This document shows, in pieces, positions 29,637 to 39,233 of a stretch of 64,000 nucleotides of DNA (its first letter is position 1; the number at the start of each line of letters is the position of its first letter). The DNA lies in contig JAGVFW010000014.1 of NCBI GenBank assembly GCA_020057405.1, positions 2,867 through 66,866 of the forward strand, in the 5' to 3' direction. The position numbers and the translations under genes were made by a program. A model generated the notes under the pieces. It was not told the DNA's origin and did no database searches. It was given only the letters and a program-made list of their open reading frames with translations. This DNA comes from an archaeon. Lineage in GTDB: Archaea; Micrarchaeota; Micrarchaeia; Norongarragalinales; UBA97.

Positions 29637-32600
29637 GTGTTTGGGAAAAAAGCGCTTCTTGCGCTAGTGGCATTTCTTTTGTTACCCAGCTTCGGCCACG
29701 CCACCAACCTCTTAGCCAACGGCAATTTTGAATCACCGGGCCAGGCGCCTTGGACTTTTGGCTTTCCCCCCGGCTCGCCGGTAACGGTCGAAATCATTTC
29801 TGGCGCGGAGTGCAAGACCCCACCCTGCCTCAAGATTAGTTTAGGGGAAACTTCAGCCAATATTGCCGGCCACGCGCGCCAAGACATAACAAGCCCACTA
29901 GACCCCAGCCAGTACTACCTGCTAAGTGCACTGGCGAAAACTGCGCCAGGCGCAAAAATCCGCGTTGGCATTTATGACAACGACTGGAAGAACGCAAGCG
30001 GCAAGCGCGTGGGCAAGTTCCTCTTCACGGATTACTTCGGCAACGGCAACTGGATGCGAGTTTATCACGAACAGCAAATTCCTCTAAAGGACGACTTTGG
30101 AGAGACAACATCGGGCCACTTGTGGCGCGCCTACCTCTACGCAGTGTTGCCAAACCCAAACGCCGACCCAGTCTACTTTGACGACGCGGTCCTGGAATTC
30201 GAGTCCGAACCACAAGGCCAGCTTGACCTGGAAGAGACGCTCGATTGGAAAACGACTTGCTGGACATTCACACAAACACCGTTAAACATTAGCTGTAACC
30301 GTGACGCGCGGTTGATGGACACTAAAACCAAATTAACTGGCCAGTCGTCAATGCGCATGACGACACTTAAAACGACGACCAACAAGTACACTGGCGCAAT
30401 CAGCGTCACAAGCGACAAGCCAAACACGCTTCGGCCACACACCCGCTATAAGATAAGCGTTGCAATGCGGATTGAGGACCGCAAGTGCTACAACTACCTG
30501 GACTACGACTATCCTAGGCTTTGGAATGAAACTTACAACAAAAACACGCACGGCCTGTGGTGCGGAAAAATCGCCATGAACGTCCTTGACGACGCCGACA
30601 AGACCAACAACCTCATCCTCACACCGCCACTCACAGTGGCCCAAGCCTATCTTTCAAGCCCCAACGTCGAGTGGTTCACCCAGGACGCCATCATCGAGAC
30701 GGGCCTGGATACTACAAAATTAAGCTTCCAAATCATCCTAGACGGGTTTGACGGAAAGTTCTATATTGACAGCCTCACCGTCAAGCAAATCGACTCGGTC
30801 TTTGACTACTCCGCTGCCCTCACTCCGGTGCAAAACAGTTTTGGCGGCATGAAAATCAAGTCAACAAAAATCAATCCCATCATTGTCGAGACCAACGCCG
30901 CGCGGTTCATCTTCTCCGAAAAGGAAATAAAGGTAGAAAAAGCAGGCGCCGACCCGGCTACCCCCGGAGGCTTTTCGGCTGTCGGCAAAATCGCGTTTAC
31001 AGACACGAAAATCCTTGCCAACCCGACACTTGACACGAGCATTTCCGGAGTGGCGCAAATCAACGCAGACGGCGCGAAAATGGCAATAGGCGCCGACTCG
31101 ACGCTCACGCTAGAACTAAAAACGCCGACCAAGGTGAGAGTGAGCGGCCCCAAGCTAGCCTACCAGGTGTTTGAGGGAGGCGTAATTTTTGCAACTGACT
31201 ACACCAAGGGCTTCCTCTTCTCGCCAATGCGCGCGAAAAGCAGGATCAAGGGAATGCCCTACAATTATACCGACGAGAGGAACGTAGTTTACGACAACAA
31301 GAGACTCGCAGAACTTGGCTACAACGTCGGCACAATTGAACAAGGTTCTTACAACACGGCGGACTACACCGTCACTTACGACTTCGGCAAGGGCGACGGC
31401 TTCCTCGCACAGGCCTTCCCGCCCAAGGATTTTGACGCGGTAAAGTACTGCAAGGAACGCTCTGAAGTGACCAATCCCTTCCAGTTTTCTGACCTCCTTA
31501 ACTTCGACAACCCGTCCACAATGAAACCCTACGCAAGGGACGCAGTCAAGTATGAGGCCCAGCGAATTACCGAGCGCTACAGCGTCCCTATCATCAACCA
31601 AATTAGCTACGCCAAGAGCGACGCCAGCCCCATGATGTCATACCGGAATGTTTCCTCACCCCAATGGTACGTAAGCGAGTCATTCGCAAGACAATATCCC
31701 GCGCTCGTCACCCCCGTCCCAGTATGGCCTTTTGACGTTGCCGGGCCGACAGACATACTCAGCGAAAACCTGACGCGATTATACGCAGATACTATCCACA
31801 AAATGGGATTCGAGACAATCGCTTACATAAGCCCAGAGTTCTACCACACCAACGACATTGACAAGATCGTTGACAACATCGCTTCACTGCGTACGCGAGG
31901 CAATCTTGACGGCATTTACCTCGACGGAAGCGTCCGCTATGACCCCATGCGCGCTCTTGAACTCGCGCGAAAGACGCGAAACGAGCTTGGCCTGAGTGGC
32001 TACATCCTCCAGCACTTGTCCTGGATAAACATATTCACCCTACCCCAATCCAACCACTTTAGAGTGCCCTATGCAGACGTTTATGCAGACGCGATTTGGG
32101 CAGGCGAGGACATCAAGCTAGTTGACGACGACTCGTGGAAGTTCAACTACTGCGGCGCGACCTCAAACACGCCAACCACTCTCCTCTCAGAGGCCAGGCC
32201 CGTTGACTACACTAAAAACAAGACCTATAACCAAGAACTCACGCTCAACGCGCAGGAACAGTGGGAAAAGAGCCTCGCCTGCAACGGCCAGTTCCGAACC
32301 GCCCTGCAATACCCCGCCTACATCAACGACAGGGTTAAAGGCTACTACTTACCCTTTGACCCTGCGCCCTACTGGAAGGAATTAAACGAAAAGTGCCTGC
32401 CAATCACCTGCGGCGACCTTGTCTGCGACGTGGGCGAAAGCATTTTCTCCTGCCAGACTGACTGCGCCCCGGCCTCACAGCGTGCAACAGTCACCCAGAC
32501 GGCGGGCCTCTACGAATGCAGCGCGCCACCCTCCCAGTGGATAGTCAACGGCAAGCCACTCTACCTCATGCACTTCACCTTCGACGGCGACATCATCAGC

Positions 32601-34448
32601 GACGATGCAGACAACAACCTCAACCCGTGGCTGCTTGGCCAGAAGGAAATAACCGCGCCCAAGGCCGAAAAGAAGGACGGCAGGGGCACGTTCTACTTCG
32701 ACGGCACCGCAAGCGTCTACCGGCCGTTCTACGGCCTGCTTGAAGACAGGAACGCGTTCACTCGGGGCGGTTCTGCCGACTACTCAGTCTTCGCCAAGGT
32801 AAAGCGCGACGACAGTGCAGCTACTACCCCGCAAGTCATACTCAACATCGCGAACCCAACGAGATTCATCTTCGCAATCAAGAACAACAAGCTCGAGGCA
32901 ACCGTCGAGGAGTCCGCAGGCAACCTGAAGACCTTCTCGTCAACCAAACCAATTGATTCAAATCCAAACCAGCCAGAGTGGCACACTATTGGCTTTACCT
33001 ACAGTACAAGCGGAGAGCCCACGCTCACCATCTACATTGACGGGCAAGAGGATTCGCGCCACGCCGTCACACCCCCCGGGGCGCTTGCTGAAAACGGCGT
33101 CTACGTTCTTGGCCGGCGGACGCCAGATTCAAAGAACAACGGCTTTCGGGGCTGGCTCGACGACTTGATCGTGCTACGCTGGGCAATGCCAATCGAGCAA
33201 GTCAAGGAATACGCTAACAACGCAAACGCCAAGCTCCACTTGACTGCCGATGTAAGCTGCATCGTGGTTGAGGACGGAAAGACCAGGACTGCAAGGGATT
33301 CCGGTTCCACGGCACCGCCCACTTGCGGCGACTTCGTCTGCAGCGCGGGCGAAGACCGCTTGAGCTGCGCTGCCGACTGCTGGCCCATCTTAACTTACGG
33401 AATGTACAACACGCCAGACTGGATTTCTCGCCTGCCGATAAGCCACATCCGCACCAACTTCATAAACTTCGAGCCCGCAACAGTCAACGCGGTACTGACC
33501 AACTCGAAAGCCAAACGCATTTTCGTCAAGCTCCCGTACACGCCAAGCACATTCACTGCACAAAACAAGGCGGACTACGCGGCTTACGCCGCACTCGTGA
33601 GCCAAAAGAGCGCCGAGTTCCCAGCATTCTACTCGCTTTCAATCGACGACTTCAACACTTACTGGGACAAGAGCGGAAAAGACGCTGCGCACCTAGCGGC
33701 AATTATCACTAAAGCAAAATCAGTAAACCCCAACCTCGACTTCAGCATAACCGTCTACGAGGACAACCTCGAAGCCCGCCTCTTTGACACCATCCCCACC
33801 GCAACACGAGCAAAAGTCGGCACAGTCTTCCTCGCGCTCCACTTCCGCAAGAACGGCGAAAAGTTTGCCCAGTATGTCCAGACCGTCAAGTCGCTCTTCC
33901 CCTCAGCCAAGGTCTTCGCCCTGTCCTACGCCTACGACCGGATTGACTATGTCGGCTGCACTGGCCTCAGCACGCCAGCCTGCACGCGCGAAGAGGAAAC
34001 CGGGTTGTTCAAGCAGGTAACGCAAACCCAGGCGCAAATGCTCGCAGACGGCCAGCTTGCAGGAATTGAATTCTACCCCGCAGGCTTCGGCAACGAGGAC
34101 AAGCCCAACATACTCAAGTGGGGCAACGGCGCAGGCCAACTTAAATGCAACGACACCCCGCGGTGCATCGAAGTCACGCGCGAAATGCGCAACGATGCCT
34201 ACGGCACCCTTTGCGAGGCGCGCGGCGATTGCCAGGACCGATATGGAGGAGAAAGACCAAACCCGACCGCCTCGCCTGGCCCAGACGCTGGCACCGCAGA
34301 CAAGCCTGGAGCCGACGCAGGAAAGCCTCCAGGCGGAGACAGCAGCACGGCACCACGCGCGCCAGCCACCCAACGCGCAACCAACTTCATTAGCAACATC
34401 GTCACCGGCATTGTTGACTGGATACGCAGCGTCAGTGGGCGCAAGTAA
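29637..34448 (+). CDS. Large secreted modular protein: CBM-like, glycoside hydrolase-like barrels, LamG, two CGD Cys motifs
   Basis: Signal peptide; NLLANGNFE; LDGIYLDG; WHTIGFTY..IYIDG..FRGWLDDL (LamG); SIDDF. Confidence 0.85.
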   Translation: MFGKKALLALVAFLLLPSFGHATNLLANGNFESPGQAPWTFGFPPGSPVTVEIISGAECKTPPCLKISLGETSANIAGHARQDITSPLDPSQYYLLSALAKTAPGAKIRVGIYDNDWKNASGKRVGKFLFTDYFGNGNWMRVYHEQQIPLKDDFGETTSGHLWRAYLYAVLPNPNADPVYFDDAVLEFESEPQGQLDLEETLDWKTTCWTFTQTPLNISCNRDARLMDTKTKLTGQSSMRMTTLKTTTNKYTGAISVTSDKPNTLRPHTRYKISVAMRIEDRKCYNYLDYDYPRLWNETYNKNTHGLWCGKIAMNVLDDADKTNNLILTPPLTVAQAYLSSPNVEWFTQDAIIETGLDTTKLSFQIILDGFDGKFYIDSLTVKQIDSVFDYSAALTPVQNSFGGMKIKSTKINPIIVETNAARFIFSEKEIKVEKAGADPATPGGFSAVGKIAFTDTKILANPTLDTSISGVAQINADGAKMAIGADSTLTLELKTPTKVRVSGPKLAYQVFEGGVIFATDYTKGFLFSPMRAKSRIKGMPYNYTDERNVVYDNKRLAELGYNVGTIEQGSYNTADYTVTYDFGKGDGFLAQAFPPKDFDAVKYCKERSEVTNPFQFSDLLNFDNPSTMKPYARDAVKYEAQRITERYSVPIINQISYAKSDASPMMSYRNVSSPQWYVSESFARQYPALVTPVPVWPFDVAGPTDILSENLTRLYADTIHKMGFETIAYISPEFYHTNDIDKIVDNIASLRTRGNLDGIYLDGSVRYDPMRALELARKTRNELGLSGYILQHLSWINIFTLPQSNHFRVPYADVYADAIWAGEDIKLVDDDSWKFNYCGATSNTPTTLLSEARPVDYTKNKTYNQELTLNAQEQWEKSLACNGQFRTALQYPAYINDRVKGYYLPFDPAPYWKELNEKCLPITCGDLVCDVGESIFSCQTDCAPASQRATVTQTAGLYECSAPPSQWIVNGKPLYLMHFTFDGDIISDDADNNLNPWLLGQKEITAPKAEKKDGRGTFYFDGTASVYRPFYGLLEDRNAFTRGGSADYSVFAKVKRDDSAATTPQVILNIANPTRFIFAIKNNKLEATVEESAGNLKTFSSTKPIDSNPNQPEWHTIGFTYSTSGEPTLTIYIDGQEDSRHAVTPPGALAENGVYVLGRRTPDSKNNGFRGWLDDLIVLRWAMPIEQVKEYANNANAKLHLTADVSCIVVEDGKTRTARDSGSTAPPTCGDFVCSAGEDRLSCAADCWPILTYGMYNTPDWISRLPISHIRTNFINFEPATVNAVLTNSKAKRIFVKLPYTPSTFTAQNKADYAAYAALVSQKSAEFPAFYSLSIDDFNTYWDKSGKDAAHLAAIITKAKSVNPNLDFSITVYEDNLEARLFDTIPTATRAKVGTVFLALHFRKNGEKFAQYVQTVKSLFPSAKVFALSYAYDRIDYVGCTGLSTPACTREEETGLFKQVTQTQAQMLADGQLAGIEFYPAGFGNEDKPNILKWGNGAGQLKCNDTPRCIEVTREMRNDAYGTLCEARGDCQDRYGGERPNPTASPGPDAGTADKPGADAGKPPGGDSSTAPRAPATQRATNFISNIVTGIVDWIRSVSGRK

Positions 34449-34504
34449 GGCCCGCGGCTAAGGGCTTGCGACTGGTTTTTATTGCTTGCCGGCGGAATTC
34501 ATCT

Positions 34505-35266
34505 ATGAAGCACTTACTGGCGGCCGTATTTGCAGTATCACTATTGCTTGCAGGCTGCCTGGGCATCGGGGAGGCGCCCAACAACTTCGTCGAAGTCACG
34601 CCCAACCCCAACATCGAAGTCGTGCAATTCACCACTCCAGACAACTGGACGCTCACGGGCTTCTACTTCAAGCCAATTGGCCCCATAAACAAGAGCGTGG
34701 TGCTTCTCCACCAATTGGGTGCAGACAAGAGCTCGTGGGGCGACCTCCCGGCCACATTCCAGTACTCGGGCATCGGCGTGCTAGTCGTTGACCAGCGGGG
34801 CCACGGCGATTCTTTCATCAACGGCAGGAAAAAGAGCTACTCGACTTTCGGCCCAGACGATTTCCAGAAGATGGTTGACGACGGCGAGGCATTCGCCACC
34901 TTCTTCAAGGAACGCCGGCCGAATGACGAGATATACTTTGTCGGCGCAAGCATTGGCGCCAATGTCGCGCTCAACTACGCCGCGCGAGACAAGAATTTGT
35001 CCGGCGTGGTGATGCTTTCGCCCGGCATCGACTACCGCGGCATAGCCACTACCGGGACAATCAGCCAGTACGGCAGCAGGCCGCTTCTCCTCATCGCGAG
35101 CAAGGGCGACGAATACTCCACCCTCTCGGCAAAGCAACTCTCTGAAAAATCGCCTTCAACGCGCACCACGCTTCAGGTGGTCGAGGGAAGCGCCCATGGC
35201 ACCAACCTACTTAACGCCAACCCCGAACTCAAGCGCACGCTCGGGCAATGGATTGTAAGAAACTGA
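34505..35266 (+). CDS. Lipoprotein alpha/beta hydrolase
   Basis: LLAGC lipobox, DQRGHG, GASIGA, AHGT. Confidence 0.88.
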   Translation: MKHLLAAVFAVSLLLAGCLGIGEAPNNFVEVTPNPNIEVVQFTTPDNWTLTGFYFKPIGPINKSVVLLHQLGADKSSWGDLPATFQYSGIGVLVVDQRGHGDSFINGRKKSYSTFGPDDFQKMVDDGEAFATFFKERRPNDEIYFVGASIGANVALNYAARDKNLSGVVMLSPGIDYRGIATTGTISQYGSRPLLLIASKGDEYSTLSAKQLSEKSPSTRTTLQVVEGSAHGTNLLNANPELKRTLGQWIVRN

Positions 35267-35283
35267 GTTAGGTGAAAATAACA

Positions 35284-35931
35284 ATGGTTACCAAAATCGG
35301 CATTCTCGGCTCGGGCATGGTCGCCCAGAGCTTGGGCAATGGCTTTCTTGCCGCTGGCCACGAAGTGAAGTTGGGCACGCGCGACACCGCGAAGCTTGCC
35401 GAATGGCTGCATGCTGCCGGGCCAAAGGCTTCGGTTGGAAGTTTTGAGGAAGCGGCAAAATTTGGCGAACTGCTTTGCGTTGCCACGAAGTGGGAGGGAA
35501 CGAGAAACGCGATTTCGATGGCAGGAAAGCAGAATTTTGCAGGCAAGACCGTCATCGACGTGACTAACCCGCTTGAGTTTGGCGCCGAGGGCACTCCCCC
35601 GAAGCTGGCGTTCGGCTATCCTGACTCTGCTGGCGCCAAGGTACAGGCGCTTTTGCCCGACGCGAAAGTCGTCAAGGCATTCAACACCATCAGCGCTAAT
35701 CGCATGTGCAACGCGAAGTTCGAGGAAGGCACGGGCGACCTCTTCATTTGCGGAAACGACGCGGCCGCCAAGAAAACGGTTTCGGATATTGCGGCAGGAT
35801 GGGGCTGGAGCGTCTCGGACATCGGCGGAATCGAGGAATCGTACTTGCTTGAGGCACTCGCCATGGTGTGGATTCGGTACGGCTTTTTGAACAACCACTG
35901 GACGCACGGCTTCAGGCTATTGAAAAAATAG
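35284..35931 (+). CDS. NADPH-dependent F420 reductase-like oxidoreductase (COG2085)
   Basis: GILGSG, IDVTNP, VVKAFNT. Confidence 0.88.
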   Translation: MVTKIGILGSGMVAQSLGNGFLAAGHEVKLGTRDTAKLAEWLHAAGPKASVGSFEEAAKFGELLCVATKWEGTRNAISMAGKQNFAGKTVIDVTNPLEFGAEGTPPKLAFGYPDSAGAKVQALLPDAKVVKAFNTISANRMCNAKFEEGTGDLFICGNDAAAKKTVSDIAAGWGWSVSDIGGIEESYLLEALAMVWIRYGFLNNHWTHGFRLLKK

Positions 35932-35966
35932 TTTTGATTGAGCTGTGCAGATTTACGGTGCCCTAA

Positions 35967-36419
35967 CTACTTGCGGCGGCCTTTCTTTGCGCCGGTCTTG
36001 TCCATGCGCTTGATGCGCGTTTCGAGGTCGTCAACTTCGGTTTTTATCTCGCCTACGACGACGTCAAGCGGCTCCTTTAGGTGGGGAACGGTGTTTAGGC
36101 GAATGGAGTTTATCATGCGGTCCATCTTGTGCGTCTGCTTGTTGACCGACCGCTGGATCATCACGCTTAAGTAAATCGCCTCGATGGAGACGAGAGTAGT
36201 GAGGATGAGCAGGATTTGGGTGGCGTCGACTCCCAAGTAGTAGAGCCAGGCGAACGCAAGGAAGGCGATGGTGTGGATTAAAATCGAGAGATTCGAGCCA
36301 ATGCCGTCGCTAACGTGGTCGGCAAACTTGTCGAGATAGTCACTCACGCAATCGTGGAGGCAAGCGTGGCTTAAAATCCCATATGGTCTGGCCGTCCCGA
36401 GGGAGACTCGCATAAGCAA
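35967..36419 (-). CDS. DUF1003-like membrane protein
   Basis: FAD.V...IGS, LTTLVSIEAIYLS..I..S.N.Q. Confidence 0.75.
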   Translation of the reverse strand: MLMRVSLGTARPYGILSHACLHDCVSDYLDKFADHVSDGIGSNLSILIHTIAFLAFAWLYYLGVDATQILLILTTLVSIEAIYLSVMIQRSVNKQTHKMDRMINSIRLNTVPHLKEPLDVVVGEIKTEVDDLETRIKRMDKTGAKKGRRK

Positions 36420-36495
36420 AGGACAGCTGGATTACGATAAGCAAGAGTTTTTTAAGCCCTAAAACGTGAGCTAATGCGAGAGAGGTAGATGACAT

Positions 36496-36990
36496 ATGAA
36501 TTACACCTTCATTCGAACCGGAATGCTGCTTGGCGCAATTGCGTTGTTCTTGATGCTGCCTTCAGCGCGGGCAGACGTCTTTGACTACGATACGGGTTAT
36601 GTGACAGACTATTCGGATTCAGGTTATGATTATTCGTACGACGAATTCAGCGTGCCACCCGTGCCGTCAGACGGCCAGTCTGAAGAGCAATACGGCGAAT
36701 TTCCCCCTTTGCCAACTGAAACAGGCGGGGATGAAAGCACAATAAATGATGCCGATTCTATCGACACTCCCCCTGCGCCGCCTGGAGAATTAACGAACGA
36801 CAACGCGCCCCCAACGCCACCCGGTGAAGGCACTGGTGCGGATTCCTCCAACAACTTGCTTCCGGGCAACGCCAAGCCAACTCCCATTCGCGTCGAAGTT
36901 AGCGCAAAACCGCCGCAAGTAAGGCGCGATGCGTTCTCGTCCTTCATTAGCTCGGTAGTCAACTGGATACGTGGATTTAGGGCAAGCTAG
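36496..36990 (+). CDS. Secreted acidic Pro-rich low-complexity protein
   Basis: Signal peptide; D/Y-rich, PPxPPGE repeats; C-terminal SSVVNWIRGF. Confidence 0.75.
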   Translation: MNYTFIRTGMLLGAIALFLMLPSARADVFDYDTGYVTDYSDSGYDYSYDEFSVPPVPSDGQSEEQYGEFPPLPTETGGDESTINDADSIDTPPAPPGELTNDNAPPTPPGEGTGADSSNNLLPGNAKPTPIRVEVSAKPPQVRRDAFSSFISSVVNWIRGFRAS

Positions 36991-36995
36991 AAATA

Positions 36996-37905
36996 GAGTT
37001 TGTCCCAAAACTCTTAAAAAGCCTCGGAAAGTGGGTGTTTAACCCACTTTCACGAGGTGAGAACCGTGGTACCGGTTCTCGGTATTCCGTTGGATGACCG
37101 AGTTGTAAAAGCGTTTCGCCGCGTTTACGCGGCGGTTGGCGAGCCTTGGCGGCTCGCTAAGACAGGCAGGCCGCCTAAGCGGCGGCCTGATGAGTATGCG
37201 CTGGCGTTGTTCGCGCGGTCTTTCTGGGGTTGGACTTTCCGCGAAGCTGCCTGTATTCTGAAGGTTCCAAAAACATGCTTGCATTGGGCGAGCAAACGCT
37301 TGGCGCTCGCGTGGGTGCGAGCGCTCGTAGAGCGCACTGCGCTTGATTTGCGAGAAAAGTTTGTAGTCAAGTGCAGGATTGCAGACTCGACGGGAGTCAG
37401 CGTGCATTCGAGTGGTTTCAAGCGCCGCTTCCAGCGGCGCGCGTACTGGAAGCTGCACGCGATAGTAGACTACGCTCCATGGGCGCACAAGCTCTGGTTT
37501 TCTGTCGCGCGTGCAACGCGCGGCGCCGTTCATGATGTCGTTATCGGAAGGCGCTTGCTCGAAAAAACGCCGCCGTCAGAACTATACGCCGACAAGGCGT
37601 ACGACGACAAGAAATTCTACAAAATCGCGTTCAAGCACGGCTTTACGCCGTGCATGCAACAACGCAAAAATGCCGCACGCCGGACAGGCGTACGAGGCAA
37701 AATATGGCGGTCGTACGACGACCGCAAACGCAAGAAATACCGCGGACGCATAGAAGCCGCCTTCGGCGGCTTCGCCAACCGCTACCACTCACGCATCAAC
37801 GAACGCAAAACCAGCACGCGCCGACGCGCGTGCGAAATGTGGGCAATCACCCACAACATCAGAACACTCGCAAAAAGCCTTCAAATCTACTTATGGGACA
37901 GACTC
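36996..37905 (+). mobile_element. IS5-family insertion sequence, 910 bp
   Basis: TIRs GAGTTTGTCCCA / TGGGACAGACTC (11 of 12 match); 9-bp TSD CTAGAAATA at 36987-36995 and 37906-37914. Confidence 0.92.
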
Positions 37906-37950
37906 CTAGAAATAAGCCCAGCGACAATACCAATGCGGTTGAACAACTAG
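37057..37950 (+). CDS. DDE transposase (IS5-like)
   Basis: IADSTG, KLH, YADKAYD, RGRIEAAFG. Confidence 0.92.
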   Translation: MRTVVPVLGIPLDDRVVKAFRRVYAAVGEPWRLAKTGRPPKRRPDEYALALFARSFWGWTFREAACILKVPKTCLHWASKRLALAWVRALVERTALDLREKFVVKCRIADSTGVSVHSSGFKRRFQRRAYWKLHAIVDYAPWAHKLWFSVARATRGAVHDVVIGRRLLEKTPPSELYADKAYDDKKFYKIAFKHGFTPCMQQRKNAARRTGVRGKIWRSYDDRKRKKYRGRIEAAFGGFANRYHSRINERKTSTRRRACEMWAITHNIRTLAKSLQIYLWDRLLEISPATIPMRLNN

Positions 37951-37951
37951 C

Positions 37952-38779
37952 ATGGCATCGCCCTTCCGCGTTTACTGGTCGCAAGTGCACCCCGTCTTCA
38001 TGGTTGCCGCAATCGGCGCGACTGTCGTCGGCGGACTCTACTCCCCGATTGCCAACCTTGGAAACCTGACGATTTTCTGCGTCTGCGTTTTCGCCGCCCT
38101 CTACTTTGCGCACGTGCGCGACTCGTACGTCGACTTTTTCGAGCGCGGGGAAGACCGCTTTTCCTACATGACTAAGCAACAGGCGAAGCGCGCCATGCTC
38201 GCTTGCACGCTTGCCGTCGTTGCCTGCGGAGCCTACTTCGCACTGCAGGGATTGTGGCTTGCAGTAGGCGTCGTGTTTGCAGGCCTGCTGCTCGCGTTCT
38301 TCCACACGCCAATGGACCTCAACCCCATTGGCGCAACCGCGGGGTACCCTACGGGCCTGGCGCTTGCGGCAATAGGGGGCTTTTACGTGCAGGCGGGCGC
38401 GGTTTCAAACAAGATTGTCTTCTTCGCCGCTGCAGTGTGGCTCGTGCTAAATGGCGTGAAGATAGTTGACGACATCAAGGACTTCGAGTGGGACAGAAAG
38501 TTCGGCAAGATTGCGGCGCCAGTCTATTTTGGCAAGAAAAAGGCGAAGAAAGTCGCGGTTGCACTCGTTTTTGCCGGCGCAACGCTTGGCTTGCTTCTCT
38601 CGCTTGCCGGCGTCCTGCCGGTCTTCTCGGCAATTGCATTCCTGCCACTTTACCCGGCAGGTTACCTCTCGCTTTATCGAAATGACCGAAAGTCGCTTTT
38701 CGGCCTTGACGCCATGCTTTGGGGCACTTACGCGTTTACGGCAATACAGTTGATTGGCCTGGCGCTGCGCCTGCCTTAA
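37952..38779 (+). CDS. UbiA prenyltransferase family protein
   Basis: DSYVDF...ED and DDIKDFEWDRKFGK Asp-rich motifs, multiple TMs. Confidence 0.85.
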   Translation: MASPFRVYWSQVHPVFMVAAIGATVVGGLYSPIANLGNLTIFCVCVFAALYFAHVRDSYVDFFERGEDRFSYMTKQQAKRAMLACTLAVVACGAYFALQGLWLAVGVVFAGLLLAFFHTPMDLNPIGATAGYPTGLALAAIGGFYVQAGAVSNKIVFFAAAVWLVLNGVKIVDDIKDFEWDRKFGKIAAPVYFGKKKAKKVAVALVFAGATLGLLLSLAGVLPVFSAIAFLPLYPAGYLSLYRNDRKSLFGLDAMLWGTYAFTAIQLIGLALRLP

Positions 38780-38934
38780 GCGTATTCTGCAAGCTTTTTC
38801 TTGAGTTCCGCAATCTCCTCGTGGAGCTTGCGGTTGCGCTTGAGCGGGTCGTTAAGGGCTTCCTTCTCGAGTTCCACTAGCTTTTTCTTGAAGTTAGAAA
38901 GCCTGTGCGCCAAATCCTGTTTAGAAGCTCCCAA
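38776..38934 (-). CDS. 52-aa coiled-coil small protein, not in ORF track
   Basis: TTG start after GGTGG; MGASKQDLAHRLSNFKKKLVELEKEALNDPLKRNRKLHEEIAELKKKLAEYA. Confidence 0.55.
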   Translation of the reverse strand: MGASKQDLAHRLSNFKKKLVELEKEALNDPLKRNRKLHEEIAELKKKLAEYA

Positions 38935-39002
38935 TGAAACCACCGTCCGAAACTTCTAAGGAGCCGGGCGGTAATAAAACCCGCGCAGTAGAGGGGTTGG
39001 AG

Positions 39003-39087
39003 TGCAGGAGGGGGGATTTGAACCCCCGAACCCCTAAGGGAACAGACCCTGAATCTGTCACGTTTGACCAGGCTTCGCTACCCCTGC
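39003..39087 (-). tRNA. tRNA-Leu(CAG), no intron, CCA not encoded
   Basis: GCAGGGG/CTCCTGC acceptor, ACAGA-TTCAGGG-TCTGT anticodon arm, long variable arm, GGGGG-TTCAAAT-CCCCC T arm. Confidence 0.97.
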
Positions 39088-39152
39088 GTGAAAACTAGGT
39101 TAACTAATTGTGGTTGGAAAGGGAAATAAAAGGTAGTGCGAAGATAGTAGTA

Positions 39153-39214
39153 GAGTGATGAAACTGTCCCAGTATGAGCTAACGCTTTGATTACCGAGGT
39201 AGCTTCTGATTTTT
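39153..39214 (+). ncRNA. Box C/D guide sRNA
   Basis: C GTGATGA 39155-39161, 12-nt guide, D' ATGA 39174-39177, C' TTGATTA 39187-39193, 12-nt guide, D CTGA 39206-39209, then T5. Confidence 0.82.
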
Positions 39215-39233
39215 CGTATTCCGGCGGTTGCTT

